DNA from: Clostridiales bacterium
Lineage (GTDB): Bacteria > Bacillota > Sulfobacillia > DYIH01 > JBBITQ01
Reading direction: 5' to 3'
Length of the DNA stretch: 26,724 bases
Assembly: GCA_037440685.1 (NCBI GenBank)
Contig: JBBITQ010000279.1
Span: 1-26,724 of the forward strand
The notes beneath the pieces were generated by a model that saw only the letters and a list, made by a program, of their open reading frames with translations, was not told the origin of the DNA and made no database searches. Below, piece by piece: positions 16,108-24,865 of this stretch (positions are counted from its first letter, which is position 1; every line of letters starts with the position of its first letter). A program made the position numbers and the translations under genes.

Positions 16108-17424
16108 ATGACAGAACACAACAACCCCATTTGTGAAGTTCGAGACGTGACGGTTCGTTTCGGAGAGGCGACATCACCGCCAGTGGTTGAAGACATCTCA
16201 CTTTCCATTCTGCCGAATGAAATTGTGGCCGTACTCGGCCCCAGCGGATGCGGGAAAAGCACGTTGATGCGGGTGATGGTTGGATTGCTCAGGCCCACAA
16301 GTGGTGAGGTTCTCGCCCACAGCCAACCGCTCTTGGGGCTTCATCCCGGTGTAGCCATTGTCTTCCAAAGTTTCGCTCTGTTTCCGTGGCTGACAGTCAA
16401 GCAAAACGTAGAAGCCGCCCTCAGTAATCTGGGCCTCGATACCGACGAGGCCAATCAACGGGTCGTGCGCTGCATCGACATGGTGGGCTTGGATGGCCAC
16501 GAGAACGCCTATCCCAAAGAACTCTCGGGCGGAATGAAACAGCGTGTTGGGCTTGCGAGAGCGTTGGCAAGGGAACCCGAACTGCTCTGCATGGACGAGC
16601 CATTCAGTGCCCTCGACGTGTTTACTGCTGAAACGCTGCGCAGCGAACTCTATGACCTGTGGACAGGTGGAAAACCGGGCGGCACAAAACGTCATCGTCC
16701 GCCCAGCCTCAAAAGCATCCTGATGATTACCCATCTGATCGAGGATGCCGTCATGCTGGCGGATCGCATCGTCGTCATGGGAACCCATCCGGGCCGAATC
16801 CGCACGATTCTCACGAACTCGGTGCCGCATCCTCGGCAGTACGACTCGCCCGAGTTTTTGCACATGACGAAACGAATACATCACGAAATTGTCTCGGAGC
16901 ATCTGCCCGAAGCAGCCGAGGAAGAAGAGACGGCGGGAAGGATGGAGCCATTGCCCTTTGTGCATGTTGGCGAAATTGTCGGACTGATGGAGATGGTTCA
17001 TGACCGAGGCGGATCGGCAAACGTCTTCGATCTGGACGAACTGACCGCTTACGATTTTGGCCGCACGCTGGCGGTCATCATGGGCGGGGAGATGCTCGAA
17101 TTCTTGGACACGCCGAAGGACACAGTGAATCTCACTGAACTCGGTTTTCAGTTTCTCCATGAAGACCTGAACGGTCGGAAAAATCTATTCCGGCACCAAC
17201 TGCTACGGTTGAGCCTGTTCCGCACGCTCGTCGGTCGAGTGCAAGCAGCGGAGAATCGACAACTTTCGGGGAGTGAAATGTTGGCGCAGTTTAGAGAATG
17301 GTTTCCTCACCAAAATGCCAAAAGGCTTCTCGACACGATCATCGAGTGGGGACGATTTGCCGAAGTCTGCGAGTATTCCGAACAGACCGAGATTTTCACC
17401 CTGACGGCAACGCCAGAACATTAG
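16108..17424 (+). CDS. ABC transporter ATP-binding protein with C-terminal extension
   Basis: GPSGCGKS, LSGGMKQR, LCMDE, ITH; about 150-aa extra C-terminal domain. Confidence 0.92.
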   Translation: MTEHNNPICEVRDVTVRFGEATSPPVVEDISLSILPNEIVAVLGPSGCGKSTLMRVMVGLLRPTSGEVLAHSQPLLGLHPGVAIVFQSFALFPWLTVKQNVEAALSNLGLDTDEANQRVVRCIDMVGLDGHENAYPKELSGGMKQRVGLARALAREPELLCMDEPFSALDVFTAETLRSELYDLWTGGKPGGTKRHRPPSLKSILMITHLIEDAVMLADRIVVMGTHPGRIRTILTNSVPHPRQYDSPEFLHMTKRIHHEIVSEHLPEAAEEEETAGRMEPLPFVHVGEIVGLMEMVHDRGGSANVFDLDELTAYDFGRTLAVIMGGEMLEFLDTPKDTVNLTELGFQFLHEDLNGRKNLFRHQLLRLSLFRTLVGRVQAAENRQLSGSEMLAQFREWFPHQNAKRLLDTIIEWGRFAEVCEYSEQTEIFTLTATPEH

Positions 17425-17457
17425 CCGCTCAGCTTGCATTCCAAAAGTTGGAATGGA

Positions 17458-18057
17458 CTACGAGTCGCCCCCGATGGATGGAATCTCCAAGTCGCCACAA
17501 TCACGGCAGACGGTGCGATCTGGCTTGGGATCGCAGTCCATCAGGTTGCCCTGCCGGTCGAACTCGAACACGCAGCATTGATCGAGTGCGCCTCGAAGCA
17601 AGACTCGCCCTCGCTGGACACGGGACTTCGCACCCGACACCGACAGGCCCAGTCGGTCAGCGACTTCGTGTTGGGGCAAGCCCTCGATCTCCGATAGTCT
17701 GACCGCCTCTTGGTAGGTCGGCGGAAGTTGACCAATCAGTTCGTCGAGCCAGATGCCCGCACTGGCCTTGAGTTGGTTCTCTCCATCGCTCTCTTCGGCC
17801 ACATCGTTGTCCGCCAGCGACACGTTGCCGTTCTTCGCCCGGTAGTGGTCGTGCATCACGTTGCGAGCGATCTGGTAGACCCACGCCGCCAAGCGGTCGG
17901 TCTCTTCGAGCTTGTCCACATTGCGATGAATCCGCAGGAAGGTCTCTTGGAGCAGATCGTCAGCCACATGCTCATCGGCGACCCGGCGACGGATGAACCG
18001 TCGCAGGTCGTCGCTGAGTTGAGACCAGATCGTTTCGGTGGCGGGGTTCGCAGTCAT
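17458..18057 (-). CDS. sigZ: SigZ-like ECF sigma factor with Cys-rich tail (copy 2)
   Basis: Paralog of 3595-4191, intact, same CC-x12-C-x8-CxxC tail; alternative start 18078. Confidence 0.85.
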   Translation of the reverse strand: MTANPATETIWSQLSDDLRRFIRRRVADEHVADDLLQETFLRIHRNVDKLEETDRLAAWVYQIARNVMHDHYRAKNGNVSLADNDVAEESDGENQLKASAGIWLDELIGQLPPTYQEAVRLSEIEGLPQHEVADRLGLSVSGAKSRVQRGRVLLRGALDQCCVFEFDRQGNLMDCDPKPDRTVCRDCGDLEIPSIGGDS

Positions 18058-18074
18058 CGCATTCCTCTGACCGT

Positions 18075-18635
18075 TCATGTTCCGGCTTCGCCCAAACAAG
18101 AGCAAGCTGTCATCCCACCTGCCGCATGAAAGGCTGCCTGAGCCGCCACGAAGTCGCCTCGCTCGACGGCCTGCATGACGGATGGAATCCCCGAGCAGCA
18201 CGAGGACTGGCTGGATGCGTGCTGCTGGGCTTCGTTGTCGAGGACGACGTACACCTCCCAGTTGTTTCCATCTGGATCGGCGACCCATACCTTGTCCTGC
18301 ACGGCGTAACAACAGGTCACGTTCTCTTCGATCCTCGTTTCGAGTCCGGCTTGTTGAAGCCGGTCGGCGATCTGTTTGACGGCTTCGCTCCTCTTCACCT
18401 GAATGCCGAAGTGGGCGACTGGGTTGTTCTGGCCGGTCTCGCCGCCGACTTCGTTCAGCGAGAGGTTCACGGGCGGCTCGGCAACCTCGAACTTGGCGTA
18501 CCGTGGCCGAGTCTTGGTCGGGGGCTGCCCGAGTAGAGACGTGTAGAAGGCGATGGACTTCTCCAGATTCTTCACGGCCAAGCCCATGTGGATTCGACTC
18601 TCGGTCTCGAATTGAACTGCGGATTTGGTGTTCAT
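18075..18635 (-). CDS. arsI: ArsI/CadI-family VOC metalloenzyme (copy 2), 186 aa
   Basis: Same length and motifs as copy 1 (TCCYA, H/H/E ligands, SSCC, CSC). Confidence 0.85.
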   Translation of the reverse strand: MNTKSAVQFETESRIHMGLAVKNLEKSIAFYTSLLGQPPTKTRPRYAKFEVAEPPVNLSLNEVGGETGQNNPVAHFGIQVKRSEAVKQIADRLQQAGLETRIEENVTCCYAVQDKVWVADPDGNNWEVYVVLDNEAQQHASSQSSCCSGIPSVMQAVERGDFVAAQAAFHAAGGMTACSCLGEAGT

Positions 18636-18691
18636 GATTTGCTCCTCCTTCGTGCTTCGACGGCTGCCAATCAGCCGTCTCTGAAAGTACA

Positions 18692-18717
18692 GACGGGGGT
18701 TCACCGAAAAGGACGCA
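18692..18717 (-). promoter_or_regulatory. Candidate ECF promoter TGCGTC-N16-CGTC (copy 2)
   Basis: Boxes identical to 4826-4851; homology between the repeats stops 4 nt beyond the -35 box. Confidence 0.65.
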
Positions 18718-18738
18718 AGAAATCGCCGAGCCGCCGAC

Positions 18739-19632
18739 TCAGGGCTTCCGTGCGATGACCGATTCGTCCCCGAGAGTGGCAGCAAGGCGAGTCACGGCCC
18801 AGCGGTGACTTTCATGCGTGAGGTGTGCCATTGCCTCGTCCTCTGCCAACCAGATGAGTTGGTGGTCAGCCTCGACGTGCGACCCCTTTGCCAAAACGAC
18901 GGCAGAGTAGAATGAACATCGCTTGCAGAAGTGCCGACCTTCATCCTCTGCGAAGACGAACTCGTCCGCCACGCCGATGGGCCTACCCGCTTCAACTGCC
19001 AGTCCGCACTCTTCCAGCACCTCACGCTTCAATGTGTCGATGGCCGACTCCCCCGTATCCTGCCCTCCTCCCGGCAGGTAGTTTCCCGTTGGTGTGGTGA
19101 CGACGGCGATTCGCCCGGCCTCGTCCGCAATCAGGGCATACGCACCGGGGCGCAGCGTGTAGCTGATGTCTTCGACTCGTTTCCCGAACTCTGGGAAGGC
19201 CAGCCCGATCTTGTCCAGAGGGGCAAGGTCCGGCTCGACGAAACCAGATTTGGCAGCCGGTTCCATGATCCGGTCTCTCGTGAAATAGCAGAGCAGGACT
19301 CGACGATCCAAAAGCTCGGGGTTTCGCTCGCAGAACTCGTGCGAGTCCTGAATCGGCCCATGCTCTCGCAGGGCTTGGTGGATCAGGCACATGAACGCTT
19401 GGGTCGTCGTTTCGTGGTAGCCCGTCAGAGGACCGTCTTCGACACCGTGAACGGCGTTGTACGCCTTGATGCCGGATCGCATCCGGTCGATGGCTTCGTC
19501 CAGCCCAAGGTGAGACAGGTACAGGAAGGCGATCCGAACTTGCGCCCGGTGGTTCCAGTGCGTGAACGGCAGCGAGCAGTCCAAGAACGCTCTCAAGAAG
19601 TCATCGTCGTTCACGGAATCTGCCCCAGTCAC
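18739..19632 (-). CDS. Uncharacterised N-terminal domain fused to a Nudix hydrolase, 297 aa
   Basis: Complete Nudix box GGQDTGESAIDTLKREVLEECGL; N-terminal half has WNHRAQ..YHETTT..EPDL. Confidence 0.8.
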   Translation of the reverse strand: MTGADSVNDDDFLRAFLDCSLPFTHWNHRAQVRIAFLYLSHLGLDEAIDRMRSGIKAYNAVHGVEDGPLTGYHETTTQAFMCLIHQALREHGPIQDSHEFCERNPELLDRRVLLCYFTRDRIMEPAAKSGFVEPDLAPLDKIGLAFPEFGKRVEDISYTLRPGAYALIADEAGRIAVVTTPTGNYLPGGGQDTGESAIDTLKREVLEECGLAVEAGRPIGVADEFVFAEDEGRHFCKRCSFYSAVVLAKGSHVEADHQLIWLAEDEAMAHLTHESHRWAVTRLAATLGDESVIARKP

Positions 19633-20582
19633 GCTCTACCTTCCTCGTTCAGACGCTTTCCCATGCTGATGCGGTCCTCGACCGAGTAGCCAAGGCTTTC
19701 GTAGAACGCCACGACGCCTGTATTCGTTGATCGCACTTGAAGATTGACCTTCGTGCAGCCGATCTCACGCAGCCGCCGCTCCGCTTCGAGCATCATCGCT
19801 CCTCCGATCCCCTCACGTTGCCTTTCGGGATGAACAGCCACCAAGTGCAGCCAACCTCGGTGCCCGTCGAAACCCGCCATCGTGGTTCCCACCACCCGCC
19901 CGTCGATCACGCCTACAAGAAACAGTTCCCGCTGCACTGATAGCTTACGGCGGATGTCCTCAGCCGGGGCGTTCCACGACGGCGGGTTCGGAAAAACCCT
20001 TCCCCACAGCCCGACAACATCGGCGTCGTCCTCTTCCCGATAGGGGCGCACGAGCAGCCCCGTCGTATGGGCGTCCTGCAAGGCAGGGTTCGTCTTCGAG
20101 TAGCAGACGACTTCGACCCCTTCGTGCTGAAAGCCCCGCTCAAACTCCATCCCGAGCTTCTCCATGATGCGGAGGGACGCTTTGTTCTCGGGCTGGGCCA
20201 CGGAGATCAAGCGGGGAAAGCCCCAGCGCTGAAACCCGTACTCCATGACCGCCGTGGCTGCTTCGGTGGCGAGTCCCTGTCCCCAGTAGTCCGGTCGCAG
20301 CCGCCAGCCGATCTCCACATCAGGAGCGAAGCCGTCCCAGAACCCGCAGAATCCGATCAGTTCGGCGTCTTCCCGATGGATGACTGGCCAGAGAATCCAG
20401 CCCCTCTGCCGACCGACTTCGATCCAATTGGCGATGCGGTTCTTGATTTGCTCGTCGGTCCACGGCTTCCCGTGGCCGATGTACCGCAGCACCCGAGGAT
20501 CGGTCGCCAAAGGCCGGAAGCGCTTCCAGTCATCGGGAACCCACTCTCGCAGGTACAGCCGCTCGGTCTCGCAAATCACCAT
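19629..20582 (-). CDS. Tandem GNAT acetyltransferase (RimJ/RimL-like + YpeA-like), 317 aa
   Basis: ETERLYLR..EIGWRLRPDYWGQGLATEA..NKASLRIMEKLG, then MAGFDGHRGW..VAVHPERQREGIG; SD GGAGG before ATG 20582. Confidence 0.88.
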   Translation of the reverse strand: MVICETERLYLREWVPDDWKRFRPLATDPRVLRYIGHGKPWTDEQIKNRIANWIEVGRQRGWILWPVIHREDAELIGFCGFWDGFAPDVEIGWRLRPDYWGQGLATEAATAVMEYGFQRWGFPRLISVAQPENKASLRIMEKLGMEFERGFQHEGVEVVCYSKTNPALQDAHTTGLLVRPYREEDDADVVGLWGRVFPNPPSWNAPAEDIRRKLSVQRELFLVGVIDGRVVGTTMAGFDGHRGWLHLVAVHPERQREGIGGAMMLEAERRLREIGCTKVNLQVRSTNTGVVAFYESLGYSVEDRISMGKRLNEEGRA

Positions 20583-20728
20583 TTCGCCTCCGGTCTTTAT
20601 CCTCGTCGCTGTGGTGTGGCGCTGAACTCCCGTCGCCAAACGCTGTAGGGGGCTGGTTCATCATCAGGACGTTCGACAGCAGGCAAAAGTTTCACCACTT
20701 CTGATGCCGTCCGGCTGACGCAGGCCAC

Positions 20729-20825
20729 TCATTCTAATTCATCTGCTGCCATCGACCGAACGAACGAGTCCTTGTCATCGACCCACTCCCCAAGGAGTTC
20801 GAGGGCGATCAGGTGGACGTACTCG
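20729..20825 (-). pseudogene. Internally deleted relic of a HEAT-repeat gene related to 21322-21915
   Basis: Reads EYVHLIALELLGEW-VDDKDSFVRSMAADELE*, matching EYVRVMALEVLFYW and the C-terminal SDRDEFVRSVVEEELG of the neighbour; no start codon. Confidence 0.45.
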
Positions 20826-20947
20826 TAAAGTGTCCGCTGCCGTTGGCACTTAAACGCATCTTCGGCGTGATATTCTGCGGCGGTCTTCGCCTTCGTGACC
20901 AGAGAACCTATGGCACCTTGAAGCTTCTGCGTCGTCGCCGAGGTAAG

Positions 20948-21265
20948 ATGAACGAGTTCGGCGCATGGAGATCGTCTGTGGAAGACCCAACGAAATCTCG
21001 GCTGCCCATTGCAAGCCTCGTCGTGGCAGGAGCCTCATCGCTGCTGTGCCTTGCGATCAACACCTTTCCGTTCGACATCAAACGAGCGGTCCTCTTCGTC
21101 ATCTGCGTCAGCGCCTTCGCCAGCCTTGTCCTTGGCGTTGCTGGACTGGTCGCAACTCGTGGTGCAACTTTCGACCGCCGTGTCCCGGCTGGAATCGGAA
21201 TTGTGCTGGGCGGCATTGTGTTCCTCTGGTCGGGATTGGCCTTTTGGCTCTCGACACCTTTTTGA
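20948..21265 (+). CDS. Small membrane protein, about 3 TM helices, 105 aa
   Basis: Three hydrophobic segments; SD GAGGT before ATG 20948. Confidence 0.65.
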   Translation: MNEFGAWRSSVEDPTKSRLPIASLVVAGASSLLCLAINTFPFDIKRAVLFVICVSAFASLVLGVAGLVATRGATFDRRVPAGIGIVLGGIVFLWSGLAFWLSTPF

Positions 21266-21321
21266 CGTGCCCCCTTCGATGATGTCAGGCCGGAAAGCTG
21301 ACAAGCAGGACAGCCTTCTGC

Positions 21322-21915
21322 TCACACCACCGAACCAAGCTCTTCCTCCACGACCGACCGCACGAACTCGTCTCTGTCGCTCAGCATTTGCTGCAAGAGC
21401 GAAAGGGCATCGGACGTTTCGTCTCGAAGTCCCGACAGCAGCCATGCGGTCAAGCTACGGATCGCCGAGTCGCCACTCTCGATGCCCTCGGCCAAGACCG
21501 ACATCATCTCATCGTCCTTGCTGGGATCGATCTTCAAGATCAAAGCTGCGGCAGTCAGCCTGCTGTGCTGGTCGTCGGTGTTGAGCCACTTCAACAAGAT
21601 CGGCACGGCATCGCTCGCCGTCTCAACACGCTGGGAGACGACCGAGGCCGCACAGATACGGACGATGCGGTCAGGGTCATCGAGCGCACGCATCACGGCT
21701 GGCAGCGCCGCCGTGGTGTCGCCGTCCCAGTAGAACAGGACTTCCAGTGCCATGACCCGAACGTATTCGTCTGGGTCGCTCGAAGCGTCGGCCAGAGCAA
21801 GGACCGCCTCATCGCCGAACGGTTGCAGGGCTTCGACGGCATCCTCGACTCGCTCCACGTCGGTGCGATGGGCGTGTGTGCGGAGCGTGTCGATAATCTG
21901 CTGGCTTGGTGACAT
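21322..21915 (-). CDS. HEAT-repeat protein, 197 aa
   Basis: Repeating L..L.D.D..VR..A units. Confidence 0.85.
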   Translation of the reverse strand: MSPSQQIIDTLRTHAHRTDVERVEDAVEALQPFGDEAVLALADASSDPDEYVRVMALEVLFYWDGDTTAALPAVMRALDDPDRIVRICAASVVSQRVETASDAVPILLKWLNTDDQHSRLTAAALILKIDPSKDDEMMSVLAEGIESGDSAIRSLTAWLLSGLRDETSDALSLLQQMLSDRDEFVRSVVEEELGSVV

Positions 21916-22068
21916 GTCGATGGCCTCCTGCCGTAGTTATGCTGACCAGTACAAAAGTTGCAACGAATCCAAACCACTGCCACCATTCACGGATGTCATT
22001 GTCGCATCAGAACTGAGCGTGCAGAATGAAGGCAACGCCATATCCCGACTCCCCAATGCAGATGAAAG

Positions 22069-23013
22069 TTGCCTTTGACGACCAATGCTCCTCGATCCTC
22101 GCCATACCGAGAAGTCACTCAAGCAGCAATGCTTGGGTTGGCGGTCAATCTCGTGCTGGGCGTGGTCAAACTCGTGGGCGGGATCATCGGCAGTTCCTTT
22201 GCACTGATCTCGGATGCCGTCAATTCGCTCGGCGATGTGTTCATGTCGCTGGTCGTGCTGTTTGCCTTGCGGATCGCCCAACGACCGCCCGATGCAGAGC
22301 ATCCCTACGGTCACACTCGGGCCGAGGCGATTGCCGGTTCCAACGTGGCGTTGCTCGTCATCGTTTCGGCTTTGCTGGTCGGGTGGGAGGCCGTTCAACG
22401 AATCAACGTCCAGCACGACTTGCCTCCCGTCTGGACGCTTTGGATCGCCACCGGCAACGTGCTGATTAAAGAGGCCCTGTATCGATACAACCTGCGGATC
22501 GGCAAGCGCACCAAGTCGAGCGTCGTGATCGCCGCAGCGTGGGATCACCGCAGCGATGCGTTTTGCTCGCTGGCTGTCTTGATCGGTCTGGCAGTCGTGC
22601 GCTGGGCTGGACCGAAATGGATTGGGGCGGACGAAGTAGCGGCGCTTGTGGTTGTCGCCGTCATCATCTGGTCGGGTGCCGGGGTGTTCCGCAGGAGCGC
22701 CAGCGAGTTGATGGACGTGCAAGCGGACGATGAGTTCGTTCGGCAAGTACAAGCGGCGGCAGAATCAGTTCCCGACGTAAAGGCGGTGGAGACGCTGTGG
22801 GTACGGAAGTCGGGACTGGAGTATTTCGCCGACATCCACATCGAAGTCGATCAGAACCTCACGGTCGCCGAGGGGCACCTCATCGGCCATCGAGTCAAGG
22901 ATCATCTGTTAGGAGCCTTCCCAACGTTGCGAGACGTGCTGGTGCATCTGGAGCCGTACCCGCATTACCATGAGCCGCCCGAGAACCGAGAGGAATCTGG
23001 CGATGACGAGTAG
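22069..23013 (+). CDS. Cation diffusion facilitator (CDF) transporter, 314 aa
   Basis: SDAVNSLGD (TM2), HPYGH..E, WDHRSD (TM5), C-terminal dimerisation domain ending VLVHLEP. Confidence 0.93.
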   Translation: MPLTTNAPRSSPYREVTQAAMLGLAVNLVLGVVKLVGGIIGSSFALISDAVNSLGDVFMSLVVLFALRIAQRPPDAEHPYGHTRAEAIAGSNVALLVIVSALLVGWEAVQRINVQHDLPPVWTLWIATGNVLIKEALYRYNLRIGKRTKSSVVIAAAWDHRSDAFCSLAVLIGLAVVRWAGPKWIGADEVAALVVVAVIIWSGAGVFRRSASELMDVQADDEFVRQVQAAAESVPDVKAVETLWVRKSGLEYFADIHIEVDQNLTVAEGHLIGHRVKDHLLGAFPTLRDVLVHLEPYPHYHEPPENREESGDDE

Positions 23014-23467
23014 GCCGATCACGTTCTCATGCCAAGCCACGCTTCCCCAGAAGCCCGAAGAGATCGCCAGCCAGATTCTCGATCTGAGCAAGTGGCCCGA
23101 GTTCAATGGCTACGGGCCACTGCCGGGGATCAAGCAGGCTGAGTTTGAGACGAAGACCGATGAGATCATCGGCACAAAAATCCGGGTCACGAACCGGGAT
23201 GGCTCAACGCATGTCGAAGAGATCGTGGAGTGGGAACCAACACGACGCCTGCGCTTGCACATGCAGGACTTCTCGCCGCCCGTGTCCCTACTGGCGACGA
23301 CATTCGATGAAACGTGGGACTTCGAGCGAGACGGCGATCTGACGAAGGTGATCCGATTCTTCGAGATGCACCCGAAGTCCGCCCTGACGAGACCGCTGCT
23401 GTGGCTGATCTCGTTCCTGTTGAAGCGAGCCATCGCTCGGCATCTTGAACAAATCGGAGAGAAATGA
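23003..23467 (+). CDS. SRPBCC/START-like (polyketide cyclase-like) protein, 154 aa
   Basis: LSKWPEF..HVEEIVEWEP..TWDFE pattern with C-terminal helix; overlaps the CDF end by 11 nt. Confidence 0.75.
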   Translation: MTSRPITFSCQATLPQKPEEIASQILDLSKWPEFNGYGPLPGIKQAEFETKTDEIIGTKIRVTNRDGSTHVEEIVEWEPTRRLRLHMQDFSPPVSLLATTFDETWDFERDGDLTKVIRFFEMHPKSALTRPLLWLISFLLKRAIARHLEQIGEK

Positions 23468-23481
23468 ACGATGGTCTCGCA

Positions 23482-23517
23482 GCCGGTCGATCTATGTCTC
23501 AACATGGATCGACCGGC
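23482..23517. terminator. Long hairpin between convergent genes
   Basis: GCCGGTCGATC..GATCGACCGGC perfect 11-bp outer stem plus inner ATGT/ACAT. Confidence 0.6.
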
Positions 23518-23549
23518 AGAATGGAGTGAAGTTCTCTCATGAAACCAAC

Positions 23550-24563
23550 CTATTCTGGCGTCACTTCGATCTCTTGCTTCTTGCCAAAACGCAGAACACT
23601 CAGCTTGACCGGCGATCCGATCTCGCACGCTGCCAACAGATTCAAGGCTGCTGTGGAATCGGCGACCGCCTTTGTATCCACAGCAAGCAGGATGTCGCCT
23701 TTCTTGAGACCAGCATCCTCAGCAGCGCCACCGTCTAAAACCTGCGTTACCATGACTCGGCTTCCACGTTGCTCGACTCCCATGCCGAAGGAAGCCGGAA
23801 TACTTGCCGTCACTCGAATCCTGCGGATGGCGAGCGGCAACTCACCCATGTAGCCAATCGAAAGCATCGTGTTCAGTTGGATGGCTTCGCCGTTGACACG
23901 AAACTTGTATTCCCGCTGTTCCGAACTCCCATGTGTGATCTTGAGCAAGTTCTTGAATTGTCCCTTGGGGCCGGGTCTCTCAAAGACAACGACGGTGCTT
24001 GCTTCCACATCTTTCTCGGGCGTGTTTTCCCCGTTCAGCGACACCCCGATCAGGTGATTCCCCGGTGCTGCGGTCAGTTGGAGCAAACCATCGGAGTGCC
24101 CGATCAGTTCCACCTGCATCTCGAATGGCGGTCGGATCATCCGTGGAAAGGGAAGTTGAATCCGCTTCGTCTCGTCGGGGAGCAGTACAAGGACTCCCTC
24201 GTCCCCGTCGATGCTGAGTTGCTTTTCCAAAGCTGTCCGAGCCGGTGGTGCAACAAATGACGGGATCACATCGGCGATCTCTGTGACCTTCGAGAAATCG
24301 TAGGTGACATCGAGCCGACCGTCCTTGAGCTTCGAGACGGTCGCCTTGCCGAAGATTCTCAGATCGGCGGGTTCGGAAGACGATGGCTCACGTTCCTTGG
24401 CCTCCTCCGCAGGACGGCTATCAACTGTCAGCACGCCTGATCCATTTTCATCAACGGATAGGCGAACGGAGGTGAAGGTGATGGCATCGTCTCCAAGGAC
24501 GTTCTGTGCCGAGAAGACGAGAGAGATAAGAGCGAGGGACAAGAGCAGAGATGGTTGCTTCAT
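23550..24563 (-). CDS. Secreted protein with C-terminal PDZ domain, 337 aa
   Basis: Signal-peptide-like N-terminus; FGMGVE..VTQVLDGGAAEDAGLKKGDILLAVD PDZ signature. Confidence 0.82.
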   Translation of the reverse strand: MKQPSLLLSLALISLVFSAQNVLGDDAITFTSVRLSVDENGSGVLTVDSRPAEEAKEREPSSSEPADLRIFGKATVSKLKDGRLDVTYDFSKVTEIADVIPSFVAPPARTALEKQLSIDGDEGVLVLLPDETKRIQLPFPRMIRPPFEMQVELIGHSDGLLQLTAAPGNHLIGVSLNGENTPEKDVEASTVVVFERPGPKGQFKNLLKITHGSSEQREYKFRVNGEAIQLNTMLSIGYMGELPLAIRRIRVTASIPASFGMGVEQRGSRVMVTQVLDGGAAEDAGLKKGDILLAVDTKAVADSTAALNLLAACEIGSPVKLSVLRFGKKQEIEVTPE

Positions 24564-24612
24564 TCGGAAGACTCCTGCGTCTGAGGTTCGGGGATCGTGG
24601 TCTGGTCGTCCG

Positions 24613-24624
24613 TAGCAGGTGCCT
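24613..24624 (-). repeat. 12-nt motif AGGCACCTGCTA, copy 1 of 3
   Basis: 49 nt upstream of the PDZ-gene ATG; identical at 25708-25719 and 26228-26239. Confidence 0.8.
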
Positions 24625-24710
24625 TATGGCATCCAGCAGACTGAGCGAGACCTGAGCCGGAAACGGCTCAAAAAATCCGACGCAGGAGGAGTCAGGGTCG
24701 CAGCAGGCGC

Positions 24711-24747
24711 AAAAAGAAAGAGGAGCGCCGAACCACGACCGCTCCTC
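24711..24747 (-). terminator. Intrinsic terminator GAGGAGCG-N12-CGCTCCTC-TTTCTTTTT
   Basis: 8-bp GC stem followed by a U-rich tract on the minus strand. Confidence 0.7.
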
Positions 24748-24820
24748 ACACCCCCGCCAAGGGGCAGACCAGAACAGCGCATGGCCGACGCCCCCCAAAC
24801 GGGAGCGTCAGTCCAAGCAC
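24746..24820 (-). CDS. Putative 24-aa peptide MLGLTLPFGGRRPCAVLVCPLAGV (leader peptide or small toxin)
   Basis: GTG start after purine-rich GAGATCAGAAGCA; stop overlaps the terminator stem; below the ORF-track length cut-off. Confidence 0.3.
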   Translation of the reverse strand: MLGLTLPFGGRRPCAVLVCPLAGV

Positions 24821-24825
24821 TGCTT

Positions 24826-24865
24826 CTGATCTCAAGAGCCTTGCGGCTCAGGTTGGCGGTTTGTG
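24826..24865 (-). ncRNA. Candidate structured RNA element with GCAA tetraloop hairpin
   Basis: CACAAACCGCCAACCTGAGCC-GCAA-GGCTC in a hairpin-rich non-coding region. Confidence 0.3.

Larger units (their letters stand above)
17479..18721. repeat. Direct repeat copy 2 (1243 bp)
   Basis: Collinear with 3613-4855. Confidence 0.95.

Noticed and set aside
20617-20650. GCTGAACTCCCGTCGCC resembling the 3' half of an integron attC
   Set aside because: No RYYYAAC/GTTRRRY pair, no complementary arm, no other attC-like site or integron integrase seen
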